DNA from: Acidimicrobiaceae bacterium
GTDB lineage: Bacteria > Actinomycetota > Acidimicrobiia > Actinomarinales > Actinomarinaceae
Direction of reading: 5' to 3'
Length of the DNA: 64,000 nucleotides
NCBI GenBank assembly: GCA_028344675.1
Contig: JAOMBT010000004.1
Location: forward strand, 4,692-68,691
The notes under the pieces were generated by a model. It made no database searches, was not told where the DNA came from, and saw only the letters and a program-made list of their open reading frames with translations. Made by a program: the position numbers and the translations under genes. Of the stretch, positions 19,388 to 28,834 are shown piece by piece (the stretch's first letter is position 1; every line of letters begins with the position of its first letter).

Positions 19388-20543
19388 TTCTATCAAAAAG
19401 TAAATAATACACAAGCCATGAGACAGTGTGATTATGTAATAAGTCGCTTGCAAATCCTAAAATTAAAAAGGAAACAATACAAAGAGATACAGTATCATTT
19501 ATCAAAATTTTAAGATTTTGATTAATCAACATCTTAATAAATTTTTTAAAAATCCAAAGATATAATACAAAACCTATAAGTCCATATTTCAAAATAAAAA
19601 ATAAATAGGAATTATGAGGACCAGTAACTCGCAGGCTTTCGTCAAAATTTTCTATACTTCCAACACTGTCGTTAACTACACCTACATTATTAAAACCACT
19701 GCCCAATAGAAAACTTGGTAAATTCTGGTTTGATAAATATCCTGCAGTGGCCGTTTGCATTTCGATTCTATCTAGAATTCCTTCAGTTTCTTTTTCTGAA
19801 GAAAATCTTTCAATTAATCCAAAGTTTAAAACAAACAAAATAGAGAGTACTAAAGCTACAACATTTCTTATATCAAACTTTTGAAGTAGAATTATTAGCA
19901 TAAAAAAAGTAAGGACAAGCAGAGATGATCTTGAATAAGTAAAAAAACAAGAAAGAAAAGAGAGTACAACAATTATTGGCTTGATGCTATTTTTAACACT
20001 TGTTAGGGAGTAAAGTCCTAAAATACAAATTAAGTCACCGAAACTATTTGGTCCTCCTGCTTGAAAACCATTTATACGTCCGTGAGTAAATCCCCATTCA
20101 TTATTATTCAAACCAATATTCCAATAATTGTAAGCATCAGTTCCTAAATTCAATTGTAAAAAATAACTAAATATAGAAAAACATGATAAGAAATAAAATA
20201 AATAAATAGGAAGATTTAAAAAAAGCTTATTATCACTTTCAATTGTTTTAAAATGCAAAAAAATAACCAGGTACAATATGTATCGTAAAATTTCAGTATT
20301 GAAAGAGTTGTTGTACAAAAAAATATTTTGAAAAGAAATAAAAATTATAAATGCAAGAATAGGTATAGCAATTTTAAGATCATGAATTGTAATTTTCTTT
20401 AGTGAGTAAATGAAAAACAAAAAAAAATAAATGACTATTGGAAGATCATCAAAGTGAATCCATTCTAAATTTAAATCTATATGTGGAAATAATGGTATTA
20501 AAAATAAGAGGGAAATATAGTTATTCTTTAAGAACTTATTCAT
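19380..20543 (-). CDS. Polytopic membrane protein, O-antigen polymerase/ligase-like (Wzy_C type)
   Basis: About 10-11 hydrophobic segments. Contains YSRSSLLVLTFFM and GPHNSYLFFILKYGLIGFVL, which match the Wzy_C R-S and H-N-x-Y-L blocks. Its start overlaps the GT2 stop by 4 nt. Confidence 0.6.
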   Translation of the reverse strand: MNKFLKNNYISLLFLIPLFPHIDLNLEWIHFDDLPIVIYFFLFFIYSLKKITIHDLKIAIPILAFIIFISFQNIFLYNNSFNTEILRYILYLVIFLHFKTIESDNKLFLNLPIYLFYFLSCFSIFSYFLQLNLGTDAYNYWNIGLNNNEWGFTHGRINGFQAGGPNSFGDLICILGLYSLTSVKNSIKPIIVVLSFLSCFFTYSRSSLLVLTFFMLIILLQKFDIRNVVALVLSILFVLNFGLIERFSSEKETEGILDRIEMQTATAGYLSNQNLPSFLLGSGFNNVGVVNDSVGSIENFDESLRVTGPHNSYLFFILKYGLIGFVLYLWIFKKFIKMLINQNLKILINDTVSLCIVSFLILGFASDLLHNHTVSWLVYYLLFDRNE

Positions 20544-21253
20544 TTTCGTCTCATAGTAAATATATTTGCCAACAAAAATTTTATCGCTTCGTACACTATT
20601 GCTTTAGACATTTTTGAATCACCCAAACTTCTTTCATAGAAAGTTATTGGAATCTCTTTAATAGACCTGTCATTAATTGACACTAATAGAGTCATTTCAA
20701 TTTGAAAAGCATATCCATTTGATTTTGTATTTTCATAATTAATACTTTTTAAACACTCTCTAGAGTAAATCCTAAAACCACTAGTCATGTCGTTTACTTT
20801 TATATTTAAAAGATTTTTTGCTATGTTGTTTGCCGTAACAGATAATAACTTTCTTCCCTTACTCCACCCTTCAGTCTTTCCTCCAGAAACATACCTGCTA
20901 CCAATAACCAAATCGTAGTCTTTTTTATAGATGTTTAAATTATTTAAGTCTGAAAACGAATGGGAGAAATCTGCATCCATTTCTACAATACTTTTATATT
21001 CTCTTTTAAGTGCCCAGTTAAAACCATCTCGATATGCAGAACCTAGGCCTAACTTACCGGAACGTTCAAGAAGATGTACATTTGTATATTTACCTAAATA
21101 ATTCTTCACGATAGTAGCCGTTCCATCTGGAGAATTGTCGTCTATAATTAAGATATCAAAATCAGATTCAATAAATATATTGAGTAGGTTGCTTACATTT
21201 TTAGATTCGTTGTAAGTTGGAACAATAACAATAGTATCGCTTTTAAAATCCAT
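20540..21253 (-). CDS. GT2 polyprenol-phosphate sugar synthase (dolichol-P-mannose synthase / Ppm1-like)
   Basis: IVIVPTYNESKNV, IIDDNSPDGT, EMDADFSH and IGSRY are the DPM1/Ppm1-type GT2 motifs. 237 aa with no TM segment. Confidence 0.8.
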   Translation of the reverse strand: MDFKSDTIVIVPTYNESKNVSNLLNIFIESDFDILIIDDNSPDGTATIVKNYLGKYTNVHLLERSGKLGLGSAYRDGFNWALKREYKSIVEMDADFSHSFSDLNNLNIYKKDYDLVIGSRYVSGGKTEGWSKGRKLLSVTANNIAKNLLNIKVNDMTSGFRIYSRECLKSINYENTKSNGYAFQIEMTLLVSINDRSIKEIPITFYERSLGDSKMSKAIVYEAIKFLLANIFTMRRK

Positions 21254-21261
21254 TATCTTTA

Positions 21262-21326
21262 TTCTAATTTATATGAATTAGAAGTTAAGAATTATTTAAT
21301 AAGATAAAAGTTTTTTAATCTTATTA
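21262..21326. repeat. Two inverted repeats in a divergent promoter region: TTCTAATT-N6-AATTAGAA and TAATAAGAT-N12-ATCTTATTA
   Basis: Read directly: 21262-21269 pairs with 21276-21283, and 21297-21305 pairs with 21318-21326, both as perfect reverse complements. They lie in the 84-nt gap between the GT2 start (21253) and the GTG start at 21338. Function unknown. Confidence 0.5.
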
Positions 21327-21337
21327 TCATTATCTAG

Positions 21338-22327
21338 GTGAATAATATATTAATTACTGGTGCTGCGGGTTTTATAGGGTATAACTTATGCAAAAGTTTT
21401 GTTAACAAAGAAGACACCACAATCCTTGGTGTTGATTCATTAAATGACGCTTACGACAATAACTTAAAAAAAATAAGATTAAAAGATTTAGAAAAACATA
21501 AAAATTTTACCTTTCAAAATATGAATTTGTCTGATGAAATTGCTTTAAAATCAATTTCTCATTTAAAATTCGATACAATTTTTCACTTAGCTGCAAGAGC
21601 GGGAGTACGTCAAAGTTTTAGAGACCCAAAAAAATATATTTCTGATAATACAACATCTACGGCGAATATATCGAATTTTGTTAAAAGTAATGATATAAAT
21701 AAATTGATCATTGCTTCAACATCATCAATTTATGGCGACAGCGGTGTTACGCCTATGAAAGAAGGTACAGACGAAAAATATCCCCCTCCTTCCGTATATG
21801 CTACCTCAAAGCTATCTGGTGAACTTATGGCTAAAACAATTCTTGATGGAACAGACACCAAAATACAAATTCCAAGGTTTTTTACAGTTTACGGACCTTA
21901 TGGGCGACCAGATATGTCGATATTAAGGTTCATACATTGGATTTATAGCTCAACTGAAATTCTTCTATATGGTGATGGTAATCAAAAAAGATCATTTACA
22001 TATATTGATGATGTTATTCAGGGTTTACATAAATTGAATGAGACTAATGAAGAGGGTGTCTTCAACATTGGATCAGATAATACCGAAAGTCTAAATAATG
22101 TAATTTCTTATATTGAAAATATTTTAAACATAAAAGCGAAGATTGACTATCAACCCAGAGCCTTCAAAGATGTTGATGTTGTAATACCTGACTTAAGTAA
22201 AATGATTAATCTTAACTGGAAACCTAAAGTTAACATAGAGACTGGAATTAAAAATACTATTGAATGGTATTTAGAATACAAGGAACAATTAAAAGAAATA
22301 AAATTTAAATTTGATTATGAAAAATAG
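21338..22327 (+). CDS. UDP-glucuronate 4-epimerase-like SDR
   Basis: ITGAAGFIGYNL, YATSKLSGE and RFFTVYGPYGRPDM. The last block is characteristic of the UDP-GlcA 4-epimerase (Cap1J/LpsL) subgroup. GTG start. Confidence 0.75.
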   Translation: MNNILITGAAGFIGYNLCKSFVNKEDTTILGVDSLNDAYDNNLKKIRLKDLEKHKNFTFQNMNLSDEIALKSISHLKFDTIFHLAARAGVRQSFRDPKKYISDNTTSTANISNFVKSNDINKLIIASTSSIYGDSGVTPMKEGTDEKYPPPSVYATSKLSGELMAKTILDGTDTKIQIPRFFTVYGPYGRPDMSILRFIHWIYSSTEILLYGDGNQKRSFTYIDDVIQGLHKLNETNEEGVFNIGSDNTESLNNVISYIENILNIKAKIDYQPRAFKDVDVVIPDLSKMINLNWKPKVNIETGIKNTIEWYLEYKEQLKEIKFKFDYEK

Positions 22328-23285
22328 ATTACAAAAAGTTGTTATAACAGGTGGAGCTGGTTTTATTGGTTCAAATTTAATTAGTCATTTATATGAAAAT
22401 GGAACCGATGAAATTCTAATAATTGATGATTTTTCAACTGGTTCTCGCAAAAATATAGATCACTTTAATAACTTAAAAATTATCGATAGTCGCATTGAAG
22501 ATATTGCCGATTTAGAGAGTAAACTTGAAGGTTATGATTTTTGCTTCCACCTTGCCGCAGGTGTTGGTGTTAAATACATTATGGATAATGTAAGTAAAGC
22601 TTTGAATACTAATATCCAAGCTACTCATAAAATTTTCAATGCTTGTTCACAAATGAATGTTCCAATTTTGATAACATCAACTTCAGAAGTTTACGGTGTG
22701 TCGAATGATCCTGTTTGGACCGAGGAGTCTAAAAGTCTTCTAGGACCACCAACAAAATTAAGATGGTCCTATGCAACTTCTAAATTAATTGATGAGTTTA
22801 TGGCTTTAGCTGAATTCAATGATGGGAATCTCAATCCAATTATTGTTCGATTGTTTAACATAATAGGTTCAAACCAATCATCAGAATTTGGGATGGTTGT
22901 ACCAAAATTCGTAGAGGCTGCATTGGAAAACCGTGATATTATTATTCATGGTTCAGGTGACCAGACAAGGTCATTTACTTGGGTTGGCGACGTTGTTAAT
23001 TATTTCAGGGAATTGGCATTGCTGAAACCTTATGGTGAAATTTTTAACATTGGTCAACCTGAAGAAGTAAGTATTAAAAATCTTGCTGAATTGGTAATTA
23101 AAAAAAGTAATTCTTCTTCAAAGATAAAGTTTATATCGCATGAAGAGGAATATGGTAAAGCTTTTGAAGATCCAATGAGAAGAACCCCGGGTATAGATAA
23201 GATTGTTTCTTTGACAGGTATAAGACCGAGTAAAAAACTAGAAGAGATGATAGAAGAAATAATTGAATTTAAAAAACAACATTAA
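22317..23285 (+). CDS. NAD-dependent sugar epimerase/dehydratase/decarboxylase (ArnA-C-terminal/UXS-like SDR)
   Basis: VVITGGAGFIGSNL, TSTSEVYG and RWSYATSKLIDE. ATG 22317 is preferred to the track's TTG 22311. Confidence 0.7.
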   Translation: MKNRLQKVVITGGAGFIGSNLISHLYENGTDEILIIDDFSTGSRKNIDHFNNLKIIDSRIEDIADLESKLEGYDFCFHLAAGVGVKYIMDNVSKALNTNIQATHKIFNACSQMNVPILITSTSEVYGVSNDPVWTEESKSLLGPPTKLRWSYATSKLIDEFMALAEFNDGNLNPIIVRLFNIIGSNQSSEFGMVVPKFVEAALENRDIIIHGSGDQTRSFTWVGDVVNYFRELALLKPYGEIFNIGQPEEVSIKNLAELVIKKSNSSSKIKFISHEEEYGKAFEDPMRRTPGIDKIVSLTGIRPSKKLEEMIEEIIEFKKQH

Positions 23286-23296
23286 TTAATAAATTT

Positions 23297-24457
23297 ATGA
23301 AAATATTAATTATAGTAGGGATATTCCCACCTGATATTGGTGGTCCTGCAACGTTTGTTCCTTTAATTGCTAAAGAACTCATAAATAACAACTATAGTGT
23401 CGAAGTTATATGTTTGTCTGACACTCTTGATCATGATGACAAAATATTTGAGTTTAAAATTCATAGAATAAAAAGGAGACAAAATTTAATTCTTAGATGG
23501 ATAGAAACAATATACAAAATAATTAAACATGGAAGAGAGAATGATTTATTGTTTGTTAATGGACTCCCAATGGAAAGCTACATAGCAAATCTTATAATTA
23601 GAAAAAAATCTCTAAGAAAAGTAGTTGGTGACTGGGCATGGGAAAGAGGAAGAAATCTAAACTTAACAACAGATGCCTTTGATGAATTTCAAAATAAATC
23701 CCATAATTTACATCTAGAAATTGCAAAATTTTCAAGAGGATGGACAGCTAAAAAAGTAGATTTAGTGATAACACCTTCCAAACATTTAAAATCAGTTGTA
23801 AACAATTGGGGGGTCAAAAAAGAGAAAATTAAAGTAATTTATAATGGAACAAAAATAATTCCAATAAATAGTAGATCTTTGGATGTCAAAGATATAAAGT
23901 TGATAACTGTTGGACGATTAGCTCCTTTTAAAAATATCGACAGAATTATAATGTCTCTTAAACAAATTGACTTTGAAGACAACAATATTAAATTATTTAT
24001 TGTTGGTGATGGCCCTGAACGACAAAATTTAGAGATACTAGTTAAGAAATTAAAATTAGAAAATCATGTTGTCTTCACTGGACAACTAGTAGAAGATGAA
24101 TTAAATAAACACTATAAAGACTCAGATATATATATTCAAGCATCGGGCTATGAAGGGTTGCCTCATACACTACTTGAAGCAATTAGTCATAATCTTTCAA
24201 TTATTTCAACACCAATTGGTGGAACGAATGAAATATTAGAAAATAATACAAATGGATGGACAATTGAACTAATAGGAGGAAAATACCCTTCTGAAAAAGA
24301 AATTGCAGAAAAGGTAAATTATATTTTAAATAATAAACAAGAAGATGAAATTAAAAAAATCAGAGCAAGGGAACTGCTTATTGAAAATTTTGATAAAAAT
24401 ATAAATTTTGAGAAATATATAGATACGATAGAAAGTTTCAATAAAAATGCAAAATAA
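23297..24457 (+). CDS. Glycosyltransferase family 4
   Basis: N-terminus MKILIIVGIFPPDIGGPA. C-terminal SGYEGLPHTLLEAISHNLSIISTPIGGTNEIL. Confidence 0.85.
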   Translation: MKILIIVGIFPPDIGGPATFVPLIAKELINNNYSVEVICLSDTLDHDDKIFEFKIHRIKRRQNLILRWIETIYKIIKHGRENDLLFVNGLPMESYIANLIIRKKSLRKVVGDWAWERGRNLNLTTDAFDEFQNKSHNLHLEIAKFSRGWTAKKVDLVITPSKHLKSVVNNWGVKKEKIKVIYNGTKIIPINSRSLDVKDIKLITVGRLAPFKNIDRIIMSLKQIDFEDNNIKLFIVGDGPERQNLEILVKKLKLENHVVFTGQLVEDELNKHYKDSDIYIQASGYEGLPHTLLEAISHNLSIISTPIGGTNEILENNTNGWTIELIGGKYPSEKEIAEKVNYILNNKQEDEIKKIRARELLIENFDKNINFEKYIDTIESFNKNAK

Positions 24458-25592
24458 AACAAATATACTTTTTTTTGGAACTACTGATTATGGGTTTGAA
24501 CTTTCGAAAAGCGATGAAAATAAATTTAAAGAATTGAATACAAAACTAAATATTTTTGTTTTCACATATGGTATGGAAAATAAAGAAATTGATTTTGGGA
24601 TAGTAAAAATCAAATATTTAAAAAAACCCAAATCATTAATATTTAAATATATAAAATTTTATTTCTTGAGTATTTTTCAACTAAATAAATTTATTTCTGA
24701 AAATAATATTTCAGTTGTATCCTCTAAAGAACCTATTTCTGCCTTAAGTCCAGTGCTAATTAAATTATTTCTTAACAAAAATATTAAAATAATTATCGAA
24801 AACCACGGAGATTTTAGAGAACAACTACTACAGCAAAGAGATTCAATTTTTATATCAAAAAGTCTTTTTCTAACAGAGTTTATTATTAAATTTGTTTTTA
24901 AACATCTTGATATGTTGCGAGGTGTTAATAAGCAAAACTCAGAATATTTCAAAAAATATAATAAAAATATTTCTATATATAACTTTCCTGCTTGGATTGA
25001 TTCTTCTATCTTTACGTATACAGAAAAAGGTAAACGCAATGATATACTTTTTGTTGGAAATATCATTAGACGTAAAGGTATTAATTTTTTAATAGAATCT
25101 ATTAGCCCATTTTTAAAGAAAAACAAACATATAACATTTCGTATTGTTGGCAATAAAGAGGACCAAAAATATTTTTTGGAATTGAAGGATTTAATAAAAA
25201 AACACAATCTTAATGAAAGAATTATATTTCTGGAAGAAGCAACTCGAATTGAAATTGCTAAATTAATGAATAACTCAAAAGTACTAGTAATGGGAAGTAC
25301 ATCAGAAGGATTACCAAGAGTACTTATTGAAGCTGGATTTTGTGGCTTACCTGCAGTAGCAACAAAAATTGATGGAATATATGATCCTTTTTCTACAATT
25401 GGTGGGACTCTTGTTTTTGATTTGCATGCAAAAGAAGAATTCATAGAACATCTTGAGAAAGTTTATTTTAATAAGAACATCTGGAATGATAAAAGTAAAT
25501 TATCTTTTAAATTATCAAACTCAATTTCTGGTAATGGAAAATTTGTAAACAACTGGGTAAAAATGATTGAAATTATGGATCCTAATTTATGA
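24447..25592 (+). CDS. Glycosyltransferase family 4
   Basis: GSTSEGLPRVLIEAGFCGLPAVATKIDG is the E-x7-E region. 11-nt overlap with the upstream GT. Confidence 0.8.
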   Translation: MQNKTNILFFGTTDYGFELSKSDENKFKELNTKLNIFVFTYGMENKEIDFGIVKIKYLKKPKSLIFKYIKFYFLSIFQLNKFISENNISVVSSKEPISALSPVLIKLFLNKNIKIIIENHGDFREQLLQQRDSIFISKSLFLTEFIIKFVFKHLDMLRGVNKQNSEYFKKYNKNISIYNFPAWIDSSIFTYTEKGKRNDILFVGNIIRRKGINFLIESISPFLKKNKHITFRIVGNKEDQKYFLELKDLIKKHNLNERIIFLEEATRIEIAKLMNNSKVLVMGSTSEGLPRVLIEAGFCGLPAVATKIDGIYDPFSTIGGTLVFDLHAKEEFIEHLEKVYFNKNIWNDKSKLSFKLSNSISGNGKFVNNWVKMIEIMDPNL

Positions 25593-26650
25593 ATGATAGA
25601 TTACTAATTCTAAATCTAGGTATTGATAGCGATAATACTTCGCTTGCTTTTACACAAACTTGGGTTAATGAATTATCACAATATTATAAAGAAATAGACG
25701 TAATTACATTGAGAGTGGGAACTAAATACAAACTAAATAAAAATGTCAATTTACATTACATAAACAACAAAAATTCAAATAAATCTAAAAGCAAACAAAT
25801 TATTGACTTATACAAAATTAGTAAAAAGTTAATTAATAACAATAAATACATACACTGCTTCGCACATATGGCACCACTTCAGCATTTGTTAGCAAAATAT
25901 TTTCTACATAAAAATAAAATTAAAACTACTTTATGGTTTACACACATAGGGCCAAAGTTTGGAATAAAGTGGATAATTTTATGGTTATCATCATTTTTAG
26001 CTGATAATATTGTTACTGCATCAAAGAATTCATTTCCTTTTAAATTCAATAACATAATAATTACAGGACATGGTATCAATTTTGAACAATTCTTTAACAC
26101 TAAGGAAAAATTCGAGTTAAAAAATTTTTTAATACTAAGTAGAATATCAAAATCAAAAAATATTGAAAATACAATAGAGAATTTTAAAAAAATTACAAAT
26201 TTTGAAAAATGTAAACTAGATATTATTGGCGGAACATTAAATAGCAATGACGAAGAATACTTAGAGTATCTAAAAACAAAATATTTTCAATATAAAAATA
26301 TTCAGTTTTTAGGAAAAAAATCTCACGATACCCTTCCCGAAATTTTAAAAAAATATGATGTAAGCATAAATAATACTTCCATGGGATTTTTCGATAAAGC
26401 TGTTCTTGAAAGCGCAGCAGGAGGTTTAATTTGTTTTTACAAATCTAATGATTTTAATTTTCTCTATCAGGAATCATTCCAAAAAATTTTACTTTTTAAA
26501 GAAGACAATCTTTATGAAAAAATTAATCTTCTTTCATTACAATCAAATACTTCGATAATAGAGTCCATACAACATTCACAAAAAGAAGCAGAAAAGCATT
26601 CTTTAAATAATGTAACAACTAAATTAGTTAAAATTTTTAATTCAAATTAG
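25589..26650 (+). CDS. Putative glycosyltransferase (GT-B fold)
   Basis: Weak C-terminal GFFDKAVLESAAGGLICF pattern. Third gene in a GT run, with an ATGA overlap to the upstream gene. Confidence 0.5.
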   Translation: MNDRLLILNLGIDSDNTSLAFTQTWVNELSQYYKEIDVITLRVGTKYKLNKNVNLHYINNKNSNKSKSKQIIDLYKISKKLINNNKYIHCFAHMAPLQHLLAKYFLHKNKIKTTLWFTHIGPKFGIKWIILWLSSFLADNIVTASKNSFPFKFNNIIITGHGINFEQFFNTKEKFELKNFLILSRISKSKNIENTIENFKKITNFEKCKLDIIGGTLNSNDEEYLEYLKTKYFQYKNIQFLGKKSHDTLPEILKKYDVSINNTSMGFFDKAVLESAAGGLICFYKSNDFNFLYQESFQKILLFKEDNLYEKINLLSLQSNTSIIESIQHSQKEAEKHSLNNVTTKLVKIFNSN

Positions 26651-27569
26651 CTTTAACCCAACCTATAGTTTTATTTAAACCCTCTTCTAATCCAATATCA
26701 GGTTTCCAGTCAAGTATGTTTTTTGCTTTACTTATATCTGGTTTTCTTTGAGTAGGGTCATCATCAGGTAATTCTTGATAGTTTACTCCAGATTTTGATT
26801 CAGTAAGTTGAACTATGGTTTCTGCTAGTTGCAGAATTGTTATTTCATTTGGATTACCAATATTAAAGACTTCATTACTTTCTGAATCCATTGCTTTAAT
26901 TATTCCAGCAACGGTGTCACTTACATAACAGAAGCTTCTTGTTTGGTTCCCTTTTCCATAAATTGTTATATCTTCTCCATTTAATGCTTGAACTATAAAA
27001 TTTGTCACAACTCTTCCATCATTTAATTTCATTTTTGGACCATAGGTATTAAATAATCTAACAATCCTTGAATCAATATTATAAATTCGGTTATAACTTG
27101 ATACTGCTGCTTCAGCAAACCTCTTCGCCTCATCATACATACTGCGTACACCATTAGGATTAACTCTCCCCCAGTAGGACTCCGGTTGAGGTGAGATTTC
27201 TGGATCTCCATATACTTCTGAAGTAGAGGTTAACAAATATTTAGCATGTTTTGCTTTTGCTAAACCTAAAGTGTTTATAGTCCCAATACTCCCTGCTTTA
27301 AGAGTATTAATTGGATTATCAGTATAGGCTTTTGGAGAGGCTGCACTTGCAAGATGCAAAACATAGTCAACTTCTCCGTCTATTTGTATATGATTTTGTA
27401 CATCTAGGTCAATAAAAGAAAAGTTTTTAGATTTAGTGAAATTATCCAAATTTGCTTTTAAGCCAGTTAGAAGATTATCTACAACAATTACATTGTGGCT
27501 TTTTTCAAGAAACTTTTCTACAAGATGTGTCCCAATAAAGCCCGCCCCACCAGTTATTACAATATTCAA
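26637..27569 (-). CDS. UDP-glucuronate decarboxylase (UDP-xylose synthase, UXS-type SDR)
   Basis: ITGGAGFIGTHL, TSTSEVYGDP, YDEAKRFAEA, RLFNTYGPKM and DGRVVTNFIVQAL match the UXS signature blocks. TTG start 1 nt after the ugd stop. Confidence 0.8.
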   Translation of the reverse strand: MNIVITGGAGFIGTHLVEKFLEKSHNVIVVDNLLTGLKANLDNFTKSKNFSFIDLDVQNHIQIDGEVDYVLHLASAASPKAYTDNPINTLKAGSIGTINTLGLAKAKHAKYLLTSTSEVYGDPEISPQPESYWGRVNPNGVRSMYDEAKRFAEAAVSSYNRIYNIDSRIVRLFNTYGPKMKLNDGRVVTNFIVQALNGEDITIYGKGNQTRSFCYVSDTVAGIIKAMDSESNEVFNIGNPNEITILQLAETIVQLTESKSGVNYQELPDDDPTQRKPDISKAKNILDWKPDIGLEEGLNKTIGWVKANLN

Positions 27570-27570
27570 T

Positions 27571-28776
27571 TTATTCCCACATCTTAAGCATAAAAGTATT
27601 GTTAAGAGACCTAATTTTTGATATCAGTATTTTTCTTTCATCAGAAACATCAGGAAACATTTCTACATATAAACAGTTAGCTTTTAAATCATCTAATTTA
27701 GCAATAAAAGAATAATCGCTATTTAAATCAATATTTTTATCAAAAATAACAATATTTAATCCTTTATTTTGTAATCTGTCATAGATTTTAAGAGTAGGTG
27801 ATTCGCGTAAATCATCTGTATTTTCTTTAAATGCAGCACCAATTAATACAATGCTGTCTATGTCTTGCTGATTTGCGATATTAAATAAATTTTCAGAAAA
27901 CCAGTCCATTTGCAATTCGTTAGATTCAATTATTTTTGAAATAAGCGGTAATTTATTTTGACCATTATAAGAGTTTTCAACCTCTTTTACATCTTTAGGA
28001 AAACAAGATCCACCCCATCCAGGAGAGGGTCTAAAATAATTATTACCGATTCTGATATCTTTACCTATCGCATTAAGAACTTCTAAAGGGTTTCCACCGT
28101 TATCTTTAACTAACCTATATGTCTCATTAACAAATGACAGTCTCATTGCTAAGTACGTATTTGACAAATATTTTATCATTTGTGAACTTATTGGATCTGT
28201 GGAAATTAATTCACAATCAAAGTCTTTATACAAATTAAGACATTTTTGAATTACATCATTATCTTGCCCTCCTACAACCACTCTATCTGGATTAAAAAAA
28301 TCATCGAGTGCGGAACCCTCTCTTAAAAATTCAGGATTAAATACTATTTTACTGAAGTCAATATCGATTTTGTTACAAATTTCCTCAACTAATTGACTTT
28401 TTACTGTTGACTTTATACAAATATTAAAATTATATTTTTCAAGTTCTTTTAATTTTTCTAATACACTTTTTATAAACTTAGTGTCAGTTTTTCCAGAATC
28501 TAAGTTTGTTGGTGTTTGAACACAAACAAAAACTAATTCTGTATCTTTATCTATACCTGATTCATATTCACTACAGTAATTAATGTTCTCAATTACTAAT
28601 TTATCATTTATATACTTTTGTAAATCTGGTTCATAAAATGGAAGTTCAAAATTCTTTAGTTTTTCAATTAGAGAAGTGTTTAGGTCAATAATGGAGACTC
28701 TGTTGTTTAGTTTAGCAAAACCAATTCCTGTAATTAATCCCACATATCCAGCACCGATTATTGAGATATTCATCAT
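27571..28776 (-). CDS. ugd: UDP-glucose 6-dehydrogenase
   Basis: IIGAGYVGLITG, NPEFLREGSA and catalytic GGSCFPKD. Directly upstream of the UXS gene. Confidence 0.85.
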   Translation of the reverse strand: MMNISIIGAGYVGLITGIGFAKLNNRVSIIDLNTSLIEKLKNFELPFYEPDLQKYINDKLVIENINYCSEYESGIDKDTELVFVCVQTPTNLDSGKTDTKFIKSVLEKLKELEKYNFNICIKSTVKSQLVEEICNKIDIDFSKIVFNPEFLREGSALDDFFNPDRVVVGGQDNDVIQKCLNLYKDFDCELISTDPISSQMIKYLSNTYLAMRLSFVNETYRLVKDNGGNPLEVLNAIGKDIRIGNNYFRPSPGWGGSCFPKDVKEVENSYNGQNKLPLISKIIESNELQMDWFSENLFNIANQQDIDSIVLIGAAFKENTDDLRESPTLKIYDRLQNKGLNIVIFDKNIDLNSDYSFIAKLDDLKANCLYVEMFPDVSDERKILISKIRSLNNTFMLKMWE

Positions 28777-28834
28777 ATTTATAATACATAAATATAGTTT
28801 ATAGATTTAAGTTAAAATTATTAATGAAACTTGT

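Noticed and set aside
24677-25444. A 255-aa minus-strand ORF, strikingly long for AT-rich DNA, lying entirely inside the GT4 gene at 24447-25592.
   Set aside because: The plus-strand product has a clear GT4 signature (GSTSEGLPRVLIEAGFCGLPAVATKIDG). The antisense translation is Ser/Leu/Ile/Phe-rich low-information sequence with no motif, which is typical of a shadow ORF in the complementary codon phase.
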